Source of the DNA: Licmophora abbreviata
Taxonomy: Eukaryota
DNA length: 32,870 bases
Reading direction: 5' to 3'
Assembly (NCBI GenBank): GCA_900291995.1
Contig: OLMU01004592.1
Span: 1 to 32,870 of the forward strand
Made by a program: the position numbers and the translations under genes. The first letter of the stretch is position 1, and each line of letters opens with the position of its first letter. The notes beneath the pieces are model-generated. The model did not search any database. It was not told the origin of the DNA and worked only from the letters and a program-made list of their open reading frames with translations. Below are positions 10,557-20,341 of this stretch, piece after piece.

Positions 10557-11151
10557 CTACGCGTCAAAGTCGAGGTAGTCCACCGACTCCATTCGGAAAC
10601 GCGATTCCGTATCGGATCCCAGCATTTCCGCTTTTTCCTGCCAAAGACAAAAACAAAGAAGAGGATCAGTCAGACTAGGTCCACCAGAGCACAGCAAAGC
10701 GACTCACGCAACACTGTGTCTTCTCTGTTTTTCATACCTCTGGCTCCATGTTCTTCATCTGATCCAGCTTGCGCTGGTAGTTGGTAATCTGAGTCAGGAG
10801 ACGCTCGTGGTCTTCGCGTCCGAGACGCCTGTTTCCGTTGTTGTGTTCCTCCAGTTTATCGACACGATCCTTGACTAAGTTGGAAAGCTTTTCGACATGC
10901 CGGCCGTATCGATCGTTTACAATTTTCACCAATTTCTACGTGAACGAAACGAAAAGAAGAAGAAGAAGAGAGAATGAGAGACAGGAACAATGACAGAGGA
11001 ATCTTTCGACGTTCTGGATTATCTTCCGTCAACGTACCGACTTGTCGACATTTTCGGGATCACGGAATTTCTGGAGCCTTTCCTTGATCATGTTGGCGTT
11101 CACAGACGTGGCCAAAACGGCCAACAAAGTTCCAATCGTAAAGAGCTTCAT
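10557..11151 (-). CDS. Small secreted coiled-coil protein of unknown function with RRL motif (130 aa); 3 exons (11151-11038, 10935-10738, 10637-10557)
   Basis: Signal peptide MKLFTIGTLLAVLATSVNA. Introns 11037-10936 (GTACGT..TAG) and 10737-10638 (GTATGA..CAG) are both phase 0 with clear polypyrimidine tracts. Contains HNNGNRRLGREDHERLLTQITNYQRKL and ends VDYLDFDA-stop. Confidence 0.85.
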
Positions 11152-11818
11152 CGTTCTCTTCAATCACACTGAGAGAGGCAAAGAAAAAAGCAACAGCATA
11201 CATTGTGAGATCGAATCAGGAAGAAAGATCGGTAATGCGAAAGCATCACCAACAAAGAGGGCAATACGCAACGCTCGAATCCCATCACAGCCGAGAGCTT
11301 CATCTCAAATTCGAGAAACACTATGGCACAAATATGGCTAAATACCTCGCAGCATAAGTCCAACGAATTCGCAAAAGCAAGATCTATGGCCCACGAGTAC
11401 GACGTTCGTTTGAGTCATTGCAGCTATCATTTGCCTCTTTGACCTTTCTGATCCCTTCGCATGGGTCCTTAGTGACGTTTCATATCCAGAAATAAACAGT
11501 GGAACGTCAAGGAACGAAAGACGCCATGGCGGTAACTCACCCTTCTCCGGCTGCTCGTGGAGTTTATGAATGTGTGCAACTTGCAATTATGGCGACAGAA
11601 TATCACAATGACCTCATTTTGTACCTGCGGCACGTAGAACTAACGCACAACATGAATTTGAAGGGTCATTGTTGAAAGTCTGTACGTCATGCGTCGATTC
11701 CTTGGAACCATTCATCTTTCGCGCACCTTCATCGCGCGAAAAAGATCTGCCGACGGCCGACGATGATGGTGGCATTCTGTTTCGGTGCTGGGAGAAGCGA
11801 ACCGAAAGCACCATTACT

Positions 11819-12718
11819 ATGGCTCCGTTGCACCCCTTTGCTGTTGCTTGTATGTCTCTGTCGTTATGTTTCGAACAAAATCGTCCTCTGATGGAGACTG
11901 AAGCCTTTCATTCAAGTGTTGTTACTTTTCGACGACCGAAACGCACACCAGCAAGAAACCCCATCAGCCGTCGCACCATGCTGCTACTTTCTTCCAAGAA
12001 TTCCTACGGTGATGAAGAAGACGGTAATAATGATACTAGAGAGGGCGGAAGCGACTGGATAAGTTCCAATGCCGAGCTGATAACGGACGACTTCTACGAT
12101 GACGACCTAGACGAGTGGATGCCCGACCGAGAAAAGGCACGTCGTGCGAGAGAAGCTCGAACGGCACGGCGACCAGAAGGAGTCTATTATGACGAACCTA
12201 AATCTAAAGGACAGCCTAAAGAGGAGAACCCTGTTGAGGAGCGACCGTCAGAAGCAGCCGCGAAAAGCAAGGCCTACACTCAAGAAGAGGAAGAATTGAT
12301 TGCAGCTATGGGTGGCAAGGAAGGATCCACGAGGAAGCGAGAGGCTGGATTCTTGGGGGACTCGACTCTGAAGGAGATTGCCATGGATTACTCGGTCCCA
12401 GTATGTTACTTGGCAGATGTCTTATGTATGTGGGGGGTTCCAGTCCCGATCGATACGAACGACCGACTTGGTGACTTGGCGACTGGAGAACAGGCGTTTG
12501 CGATTGTCGAAGCCATCTACTCATTGGATGTGTCAGCATTGCATGATCGATACTCGAATCAAAGTTTAATGTCAGTCTGTGATGATTACGAGATCGATCT
12601 AAGAGAAGGTTTCGAGATGGCAGTGAGAGAAGGATGGAGTCTACCGTTCGGTGTACAGACATGCCTTCGAGTCGATCAAGAGGAAGAGCTGTTACGAGTG
12701 CTAGGGACGGTGGTATGA
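11819..12718 (+). CDS. Probably plastid-targeted protein with two tandem IF2 N-terminal-like (IF2_N) modules; function unknown
   Basis: Long intronless ORF from ATG 11819; hydrophobic N-terminus and TEA-F possible cleavage site, then an Arg/Ser-rich transit-like stretch. C-terminal repeats STLKEIAMDYSVPV...WGV and QSLMSVCDDYEIDL...EGW. Confidence 0.6.
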   Translation: MAPLHPFAVACMSLSLCFEQNRPLMETEAFHSSVVTFRRPKRTPARNPISRRTMLLLSSKNSYGDEEDGNNDTREGGSDWISSNAELITDDFYDDDLDEWMPDREKARRAREARTARRPEGVYYDEPKSKGQPKEENPVEERPSEAAAKSKAYTQEEEELIAAMGGKEGSTRKREAGFLGDSTLKEIAMDYSVPVCYLADVLCMWGVPVPIDTNDRLGDLATGEQAFAIVEAIYSLDVSALHDRYSNQSLMSVCDDYEIDLREGFEMAVREGWSLPFGVQTCLRVDQEEELLRVLGTVV

Positions 12719-12776
12719 AACAGTGTATTCTAGTTTAAGAGCTTAGCTGCAAGCAACACAACTATGCAGTCGGAAC

Positions 12777-14771
12777 TCAGAATCCTTTGCTTGCCTCGAC
12801 CGCTGCGGCACGTGCATCCTTGACAAAGGCCTGGACCTTGGAAGTGTCCTTTTCCCCTGGGGATGCTTCAACGCCAGAGCTGACATCAATTCCCCACGGT
12901 CGCACAGTGGATACAGCATTATTGACATTGTCTGGTGTCAGACCACCAGCGATAATCACCGGGAGTCCAGCGTCCTGCACTTTTTGAGCAATGCTCCAAT
13001 CGAAAGTTACTCCCGTTCCACCACCACTCTTGTCGCCTTTGATGGAAGTGTCGAGCAAGATGGCAACTGGATCCGCAGTAAGCGACGCCAGCAGACTATC
13101 CACTGCTCCCGCGGCAGCTTTGCCAGTTACTGGATCAGTCTCCACGTCTACGACCCGAATTGCTGGCACGCCACACTTCGCGACATTGGCAGCTTCCATA
13201 CCTTCCTTTCCGTGAAGCTGGACAAGATCCAAACCGCACTGCTCCACCATTTCCCGAATAAACTCTGGACTTTGATTCTGAAAGACACCCACCACCATTG
13301 GACGTTTCGCTGCATCTTCCATAGCGTGAGCCGATGCCCGCAAGCGACGCAAGGGTTGGTTGCCATCGGAGATTGCCACTGTCGTGAGAGTCTTGCGCTC
13401 TCCGAAACTGCGCACAGCCTGTACTACTTCTCGAGCTTGTGCAGCTGTGACGCGCCGCTTGCTCTTTTCTGCAAAAATGACCCCGATCAAGCTGGCACCG
13501 GCTCGACACGCCACCAAGGCGTCTTCAACATTCGTAATTCCACACACTTTGACCAACTTGGTACCAGCTGTATAGGCGCCACCTGCACCGCCGCGATCCG
13601 CCTGTTTGGCGAAATCGTCTGGATGTAGACACAGGCCCTCGATCGCTGCCACCGGGTCTGCGGCACGCATTAGCGACTCTCCAATCAGACACATGCCGAT
13701 GCCCGACTGTCGGTATCGATCGACATCCAGGGCTGTCGACATGCCTGATAGAGAGCATAAGGTGTACTTAACTTCTTCATCGTTGTGATGAAATGTTAAT
13801 CCTCTGTTTTCCAATTGCGATGCCACGTGCTGTGTAGTAGCCAGGTCAACTTGGAATGTGTGCAGATTTCTATTATTGACACCAATCACTCTCGCACCCG
13901 CCTCGAGGGCGACATTTAATTCTTCGTCCGCATGCACTTCTACAAGCGGCTCCATTCCAATGCTTCTCGAATACTCGATAAGGCGTTGCAAGAGGTGCTG
14001 TGGCAGAACCGCAACAATCAACAAGACTGTGTCGGCTCCGGTGGCCGCGGCTTCTGCGATTTGATACTCATTGGTGACAAACTCCTTGCGCAGGACCGCC
14101 GGTCTAGACTCTTTTTGTTGATCCCTCGCAACTTGACTACTAGACAGCCGAGCTTGTGTAAGATCGTCCAGACTTCCTCGAAACCAGTGCCACTCCGTCA
14201 AGACGGACAAGATGTTGGCACCGGCTTGGGTGTAGAGCGAAGCCTGCTCGCCCGCATTCAAGTGAGGAGCAATGTCTCCCTTACTCGGCGACGCGCGTTT
14301 AAACTCGGCTGCTAGCGCCATAGCAGGAGACTGGGACTGAACAACTTGCTGCAGATTCAGAATGGGACCATGCTCTTGAGCAAACGTTTTCGCCTGGACA
14401 AGAATATCTGCAATGGGAGGAAGCGAGGCCATGGAGGCCTTGTAGTCGAGGATGCGGGTGGCAGTGACCGTCTGAAGCATGCTAAGTTTGTGATGGGGGT
14501 TTCCAAAGCCATAAATATGGCGAGCATCGTATTCTGGCTTTGTCGAATCTTCCAGTAGAGATGCGAGAGCCCCTGAAAGCTCTTGTTCGGTGTACACCGG
14601 GGGACTCTTGGGCGTCTCATGATTCGCAGCCATGACGGTGTCGGAAGAAGCTCGTGTGGCGCTCAGATGTGAAAAATCAGACGACACTAAGCTATGATGC
14701 ACGGTGAAGGCGAAAGAGCTCCTCCGGCAGAACACCAAAAGACACAGAAACAACGGCGGGAGCAACGCCAT
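12777..14771 (-). CDS. trpCF: Bifunctional indole-3-glycerol-phosphate synthase / phosphoribosylanthranilate isomerase, plastid-targeted
   Basis: IGPS motifs AEFKRASPSKG, SVLTE, LRKEF, GADTVLLI, LVEVH, IGVNNRNL and LIGESLMR; PRAI motifs VKVCGIT, VQLHG, GGTGVTFDW, AGGLTPDNV and DVSSGVE. Presequence MALLPPLFLCLLVFCRRSSFA-F. Confidence 0.96.
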   Translation of the reverse strand: MALLPPLFLCLLVFCRRSSFAFTVHHSLVSSDFSHLSATRASSDTVMAANHETPKSPPVYTEQELSGALASLLEDSTKPEYDARHIYGFGNPHHKLSMLQTVTATRILDYKASMASLPPIADILVQAKTFAQEHGPILNLQQVVQSQSPAMALAAEFKRASPSKGDIAPHLNAGEQASLYTQAGANILSVLTEWHWFRGSLDDLTQARLSSSQVARDQQKESRPAVLRKEFVTNEYQIAEAAATGADTVLLIVAVLPQHLLQRLIEYSRSIGMEPLVEVHADEELNVALEAGARVIGVNNRNLHTFQVDLATTQHVASQLENRGLTFHHNDEEVKYTLCSLSGMSTALDVDRYRQSGIGMCLIGESLMRAADPVAAIEGLCLHPDDFAKQADRGGAGGAYTAGTKLVKVCGITNVEDALVACRAGASLIGVIFAEKSKRRVTAAQAREVVQAVRSFGERKTLTTVAISDGNQPLRRLRASAHAMEDAAKRPMVVGVFQNQSPEFIREMVEQCGLDLVQLHGKEGMEAANVAKCGVPAIRVVDVETDPVTGKAAAGAVDSLLASLTADPVAILLDTSIKGDKSGGGTGVTFDWSIAQKVQDAGLPVIIAGGLTPDNVNNAVSTVRPWGIDVSSGVEASPGEKDTSKVQAFVKDARAAAVEASKGF

Positions 14772-14960
14772 GGCGACAGGCACGCAACGTCATTTTGTGG
14801 GATGCCCGCGAAATTTCAAAATAGAGTGGTCAGAGCTACGCGTGGAACCAGATGTACGTTTCCGGGTCTCCCTCAAATTTGACTCCAAAAAGCGCGCGCC
14901 GACGGATGTTCAATGTGACAGAAAATAATCAAAGCACCCCCCGCATCACTCTTATGAACC
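14772..14960. promoter_or_regulatory. Short bidirectional promoter region between trpCF and sNpl4
   Basis: Divergent starts ~190 nt apart. Contains CCCGCGAAATTTCAAA (14805-14820), the palindrome TCAAATTTGA (14873-14882) and GCGCGCGCC (14892-14900). Confidence 0.5.
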
Positions 14961-16526
14961 ATGAGATCCGTCGCGAGGATGAGAACGGCACCATGGTTTC
15001 GACGCCCCACGAGGCGGACAGAATTATGTTTGCTACTGCTATTCTCTATACTGGTTCCAGCTTTGACGACGACGACGCCCCCCAAAACAGGCGGAATGGT
15101 CCTCCGAGTGCGACTGTGTGATGGATCCATGGAGAGGGTTCAAGTGCCACCGGGAACCGAGGATAACATGACTCTCAATGAGCTTTTAACGCCTTTCTCC
15201 GTTGAAGAAGACTGCAAGGTTCGGATAGGAACCTCAGAAGAGGTTGCGCTCGAGTCCACGGGGCAGACGCTATCCTCTCTGGGACTCCAACACGGATCGC
15301 TCTTGACGATTGTGAGAAAGGCCGCCGCAGCAACAAAACAGCAGTCCAAAGAGTCCCATTTTTCCACACCCACAAGTACCCGCTTTAATCCCTTTCCAGA
15401 ACTTGCCAAGGACTATGCATCAGCCGTAAGAAAAAAGCAGCGACGCCGCGGTGGCATGTCGTACAACGACATTGCTCACGTTCAGAATGCCCTCCACGTG
15501 GTGGAACCGCAACAGGAGGGGCCTGTTCTGCGCGTGTACATTTGTGGCAAGTCGGCCGAACGCTTTCAGACCAGTGGAACTGGGAAAGGAAAATTACCTG
15601 AGACTCAGATACAACCTCAGGTAGGACTTTTGCTTGGAACGATTCAAAGAGAACGAGTCGAGACGACACCGATCAAGACACGGACATCGCTGTCATCCAT
15701 GCCGACGGACAGTGACTATTGCCAAGTAGCCAAAGTGCATGCGTTGTGGATCCCCAACCAGAGTCCATCAGGCGCTTACGATAGCAAGGGACTCATAGAG
15801 GCCTTGCAGGGAGAGAAGGGCAGCGACCCTTCCGTAAAGCGTGTCTTGAAAGTTGCATCGTGGCTCGGACTGCGACCTGTCGGCTGGATCTTTTCCTATA
15901 CAGATGCTCGACTCGATCAAGATGAGGACTCGCTTCCAGTGTATGACACGGATGTCGTGAATGGTGCGCGGATGCAGGCAATGCTCATGCAGTCCCTGGG
16001 CCATACGGAAGGCGCGCAGTATGTCACTCTCGCCATGGATGCCAAGACGGGAGCCACTGAGGCCTTTCAGTTGAGCGACGTGAGCGTCCAAATGGTCGCC
16101 GAAGGCATGTTGCAGGTACCAGGTCCCGAGAAGCCAGCTAAGCGTACGATGAATATGAAACACGAAGTTCTAGTGGACGGGCAAGAGACCAAGATGTTAG
16201 ACTCAGTCTTATGTTTGGTCAACACCGCTCTACTGAGTCACAAAGGCTCGTATGCGTCATCCCATACGCTCAAGAAGAATGGTAGTCTTACAAAGAAAAG
16301 CAAAAAGACATTGCTGAAAGCCATAGAGCAAGATCAGACTGATCGGTGCAGCCTGCTACACGCTCTAAGCGACTTTAATGTTCTTTTTGCATTGGATCAG
16401 TTGCTACCGGCATGTCAATCGGAAGAGCTTTGTCGACTCGTACGCAAGTGGAGCCGTGGGCAGAGAAAAGGAACAGAAGTGCAATCTGGCCTTCGAGAAA
16501 CCTTGCAGAGCTTGCTAAGTACCTAG
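14961..16526 (+). CDS. Npl4-like protein with N-terminal signal peptide; probable symbiont-specific (SELMA) sNpl4
   Basis: Ubiquitin-like start MVLRVRLCDGSMERV, MPN-like core VGLLLG...LGLRPVGWIFSY and EAFQLSDVSVQMV, preceded by hydrophobic LCLLLLFSILVPALT without Phe at +1. Start could be 14961 or 14979. Confidence 0.8.
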   Translation: MRSVARMRTAPWFRRPTRRTELCLLLLFSILVPALTTTTPPKTGGMVLRVRLCDGSMERVQVPPGTEDNMTLNELLTPFSVEEDCKVRIGTSEEVALESTGQTLSSLGLQHGSLLTIVRKAAAATKQQSKESHFSTPTSTRFNPFPELAKDYASAVRKKQRRRGGMSYNDIAHVQNALHVVEPQQEGPVLRVYICGKSAERFQTSGTGKGKLPETQIQPQVGLLLGTIQRERVETTPIKTRTSLSSMPTDSDYCQVAKVHALWIPNQSPSGAYDSKGLIEALQGEKGSDPSVKRVLKVASWLGLRPVGWIFSYTDARLDQDEDSLPVYDTDVVNGARMQAMLMQSLGHTEGAQYVTLAMDAKTGATEAFQLSDVSVQMVAEGMLQVPGPEKPAKRTMNMKHEVLVDGQETKMLDSVLCLVNTALLSHKGSYASSHTLKKNGSLTKKSKKTLLKAIEQDQTDRCSLLHALSDFNVLFALDQLLPACQSEELCRLVRKWSRGQRKGTEVQSGLRETLQSLLST

Positions 16527-16767
16527 AGGAATAACTTAGAAGTACCGATGTCGTACCGGTCGATGATGCTTGTGGCGATGGGATTCAGGGCGTGGCTGTC
16601 GAGAGTGCTCATTCAACATACGAGTATCATAGCAGAAGCGGTTCTCCTCGTGCGCTATAATATACCCCTCATCGCGCGATTGACTGACTCGACTCGAGCC
16701 ACCATCTTCATTTTTTCAGCGTCGTCGCCGCCGCGCTGTTCGACCTGAAGACCTGACTTCGTCGCCC

Positions 16768-18297
16768 ATGTCGGTAAGCGCACGCCTTTTCTGTCCTTCT
16801 CAGGCTGAGATCGAGCATTACAGAGTATCAAGAGTCGCCATGTTAAACAGGGAACGCAGAATGCGGCGTCGAAGTTTGCTAGAGATGAATGGAAATCATC
16901 ATCTTTTCCAAGTCATTGTTTCGCTGTCAATCGCTCTAGCGATGAGAATACGTTGTGTTCACGCTGAACGTGCTTACCCACTGGGCTGCTCGCAGCAGCC
17001 TCCCAACTATTACAACTACGATAGCTACCCCTTTCCACCTCCCGATAGTCCTACAAAGTCGACTGATGACTATCTACTCTTGCGAAGATTGGGTGCAGGG
17101 AAGTTCAGCGATGTGTTTGAAGCAGTCGACGTCGAAGCGGAACGGGCAATCTGCGCTGAACCAAAGGAGCAGGTAGATCCACGGACTCTGGTGGTGCTCA
17201 AGTGTCTCAAACCTGTAGCGGAACGAAAAATTCGAAGAGAACTCCTGGTCCTATCACATGCCTCAAAGCTTCCGAATCTCGCGCGGCTACTCGGCGTGGT
17301 CGTTCCAAAATCACTCCCAGCATCAGAACGAAACTCAGCTGTCGTGGCCAAGCTGCAGCCCATGCCGACCTTGGTGCTGAAGCATGCTGGGACTCAGTCA
17401 CAGTGGCTGTGTCATGGGCGAGGTACGGATCCTGCAGCACGGGGAGGCAATAAAGATCAAAAGCAAAACCAGCAGTATCTGTCCGACTACGACATTCGGT
17501 ACTATCTCTGTCACTTGCTCGTGGCTCTTGATGCACTGCATGCGAGGGGCATCATGCATCGCGATGTCAAACCTCGTAACGTTCTGATCAATCGAAATGC
17601 AAAGGACGACAATAGCAATCCACTCATGCTGATTGACTTGGGACTGGCTGACTTCTTGTTGCCCAACACTCGCTATAACGTTAGAGTGGCATCGCGACAC
17701 TACAAGAGTCCGGAACTGCTCGTTGGGTTCGAGTACTATGATTACGCCATTGACATGTGGGGTGTGGGATGTATACTAGCGGGACTCTTATTTCGAAGGG
17801 AACCATTCTTTCGAGGGTCAGTAGTTATTTGTGTTTATGCAATGCTCCTAGAACATCGAATCGCCATGAAGTCAATCAAATATCTAACGGGAACCCGATT
17901 CGCGACTCTATGCGTTAATTGCACATACAGGAAAGATAATGTCGATCAGCTGGGAAAGATTGTGTCAGTCCTTGGGACTGCAGACATCATTGCGTATATC
18001 TCTCGATACAACATTGACCTGACACCAGAAGTGCAGAGAATCATCAACAAGTATTCCTCGCGTGGTGGGAACAAGCGATCGTGGCTGTCGTTTCTTCCAA
18101 AGGGGTGTCCTATTCCGAGCATGGAGGCCCTCGATCTCTTGGACAAGTTGCTTATTTACGACCACGACTCCCGGTTTACCGCGCAGCAGGCCATGCAGCA
18201 CTCGTTCTTTGATTCCGTTCGAGAACGCGTCAGGAACGAAGTATGGTCACAGCAGACGAGCGGTGCCACCAATGGTACGCACGCAGCTCTTCAATGA
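16768..18297 (+). CDS. Divergent casein kinase II alpha-like Ser/Thr kinase with signal-peptide-like N-terminus; intron 17817-17930
   Basis: Motifs GAGKFSDVF, VVLKCLKPV, HRDVKPRN, IDLGLADF, YNVRVASRHYKSPELL and YDYAIDMW. Removing the intron (GTCAGT..CAG) restores EPFFRGKDNVDQL, matching CK2 EPFFHGxDNYDQL. Start is ambiguous (16768, 16840, 16861 or 16885). Confidence 0.88.
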   Translation: MSVSARLFCPSQAEIEHYRVSRVAMLNRERRMRRRSLLEMNGNHHLFQVIVSLSIALAMRIRCVHAERAYPLGCSQQPPNYYNYDSYPFPPPDSPTKSTDDYLLLRRLGAGKFSDVFEAVDVEAERAICAEPKEQVDPRTLVVLKCLKPVAERKIRRELLVLSHASKLPNLARLLGVVVPKSLPASERNSAVVAKLQPMPTLVLKHAGTQSQWLCHGRGTDPAARGGNKDQKQNQQYLSDYDIRYYLCHLLVALDALHARGIMHRDVKPRNVLINRNAKDDNSNPLMLIDLGLADFLLPNTRYNVRVASRHYKSPELLVGFEYYDYAIDMWGVGCILAGLLFRREPFFRGSVVICVYAMLLEHRIAMKSIKYLTGTRFATLCVNCTYRKDNVDQLGKIVSVLGTADIIAYISRYNIDLTPEVQRIINKYSSRGGNKRSWLSFLPKGCPIPSMEALDLLDKLLIYDHDSRFTAQQAMQHSFFDSVRERVRNEVWSQQTSGATNGTHAALQ

Positions 18298-18332
18298 CAT
18301 AGAAAAATATTTTTAGAGGCAGACGCAGCACT

Positions 18333-19394
18333 TCAGAACGAGTCGGACGGCCAAATCAAATGAGGCTGTACGATGGCTGTCATCGGCGTCTGTTGATCTT
18401 GTAGTGTTAGGTACATCCACCCTTCATCGGAATCCTCCTGGATACCGCTCCAATCTACAAAATCGAGCTCCATATCCTCTTTGGTCATGTTCACAGCAAC
18501 AAAACGTGGAAGATGCAGCGATAAATCATCTTCTCGCAACGATCCGGTAAGGGCCTGAGGTAGTAGATAGGATAGGGCAGTTGCCATATTCAGTGTAGAC
18601 TCGTCGCAACCGAACTCACGCAGCTGCCAGCGACCTTCACCCCGCGGTCGAAGGGCGAGCCAAGCCCCGCACTTTCCATCGAATGCTTCCAAAATCCACA
18701 GTGAGCCGTCCACTTCTTTCCTCAAGTACTCAGTCCAGTATTGCAAGGATCGGACAATGCATCCCGCAAAGCGATCTTCGGAAAATGACTTGTGCAAGGC
18801 CTGCAGATGCTGTGCGTCCCGAGGAAACTCTGCCAGTCTCATCTTCCACCCTTCAGGCAACGAGGACGGGCCAAGCCTTAGCTTTCGAACGTCGATGGGC
18901 AACAAAGACCATTCAGACGAGAGAGACTTGTACCCTCCACCCCGCTCGTAAACCGCACGGAATTCAGGGGCCGCGTGCAGTAACGAGACCTTCATATCAC
19001 ACAACTTCATAATGCGAATGGCATCGTGTAGCAAAATTTTCGACAATCCCCTTCTTCGGTGGTTCGAACTGGTGCAGACTTCTCCGATTCCACCTGCCGA
19101 CACCGACTCGCCGGGACGCCCCAAAGAGACTTCCCGTCGAAAGATGCGACAGGACGATACAATTTCGTCGCCAAAGAACACGACCCGTACCAGTGCTGCT
19201 TCCTTTTCTGGATCATTGTAGAAGTGACGCTCAAAGTAGGATGCAGGAGGAGGATTTGCCTTGTAGCCAAAGACATTCGCGCAGAAAGCTGCCCACCGGG
19301 CAATTTCGTCATTGCGCAGACCCCTCATCGTGTAGCTCATTCTTGTGCCATCCTTAAGCTCAATAGACACCGGAGTTTCTTCCAGAAGATTCAT
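18333..19394 (-). CDS. GNAT-family N-acetyltransferase (Eis-like tandem GNAT architecture)
   Basis: GGIGEVCTSSNHRRRGLS acetyl-CoA motif A; SLLHAA...VYER; second GNAT-like lobe with IVRSLQYW. Confidence 0.8.
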   Translation of the reverse strand: MNLLEETPVSIELKDGTRMSYTMRGLRNDEIARWAAFCANVFGYKANPPPASYFERHFYNDPEKEAALVRVVFFGDEIVSSCRIFRREVSLGRPGESVSAGGIGEVCTSSNHRRRGLSKILLHDAIRIMKLCDMKVSLLHAAPEFRAVYERGGGYKSLSSEWSLLPIDVRKLRLGPSSLPEGWKMRLAEFPRDAQHLQALHKSFSEDRFAGCIVRSLQYWTEYLRKEVDGSLWILEAFDGKCGAWLALRPRGEGRWQLREFGCDESTLNMATALSYLLPQALTGSLREDDLSLHLPRFVAVNMTKEDMELDFVDWSGIQEDSDEGWMYLTLQDQQTPMTAIVQPHLIWPSDSF

Positions 19395-20341
19395 TGAATA
19401 TAACTTGATGATCAGAAAGAAATAAAATAGAGGGAAAGAGAGAGAAAGGAGACAGCTCCGCTGATATTGATGCCTCGCTTGCTCTTGGTGTGTGTGGATC
19501 GAGAGGCGTGAGGCGCAATGACAACTCGTGACTCGACCCAGCTTTCAACCACGATTCAGAACGTTTGAAACGACGGTCGTTGTGATGTGGTGCTCCACTC
19601 ATTGCCAGCGGCGGGGGAAAATGAGGATCGGCCTAGTGTCCCTCCCGACATTCTGGACGTGACAAACATACTGTAGTATCTATCATGGCCATGCCGCCAC
19701 TGACTTGCGGTTCCAAGTGTCGACTCGATCATGGTCTTCATGTCCATCCCCCCGCTGAATGTCACACAAGCAAGAACAACAACAGTTAACTGCAGCGTCC
19801 CTTTCACCACTGAAGAGTGACTAGAGTCTAGCGACCCTTTTCACCTTGTGAACCAAGCCTCCCCGCAAAAGGCATACAATCCCTTTTGTCTGGATTAACG
19901 ACATTTCGTGTGAAAGTTGATTGCATAAGGCAATGGGTTGATGGCCAATTGTTCACGTTGGTGGACTGGCTGCCAGTAGAAGTGGACCACATCCAAACGT
20001 ATCTACCCTTCCAGTGGACATACCTCAGCGATCTGTCCAATCGAGAGTCTTTCGTTGGAAAAGTCGTTGTTTCTCATTGTCTATCGTCTCTATTCATGGT
20101 CTCGTCGAAATTGAAAATGCCCCCCCGACCCACAGAGGGCGCGCGAGCGCGTGCCAGCTCAATAGAATCTGATGACCATCCGTTTTGTCGTGAGTACGAT
20201 AAATGATTACTTATGCCACGCCGTATTCAACGCTTAACGCTCCGCCGGCAGCGCACTTCGCCTAGGATTTGGAAAACAAGCCTCCACATTTCGACCATTT
20301 CTCAACGCCATCTCAGGTTTCATGCTATTCTGTCTTGCAAG

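Noticed and set aside
12777..14771. TrpC-TrpF fusion as a novelty
   Set aside because: IGPS-PRAI fusions are well known (enterobacteria, fungi, diatoms); both domains look canonical.
18333..19394. Eis-like GNAT as an aminoglycoside-resistance or recent HGT gene
   Set aside because: Only generic GNAT motifs are visible, composition matches neighbours, and there is no mobile-element context.
19556..19810. 84-aa ORF with a hydrophobic, signal-like N-terminus in the GNAT / Cys-repeat intergenic region
   Set aside because: Begins at GTG, no supporting splice structure or motif; cannot be distinguished from chance.
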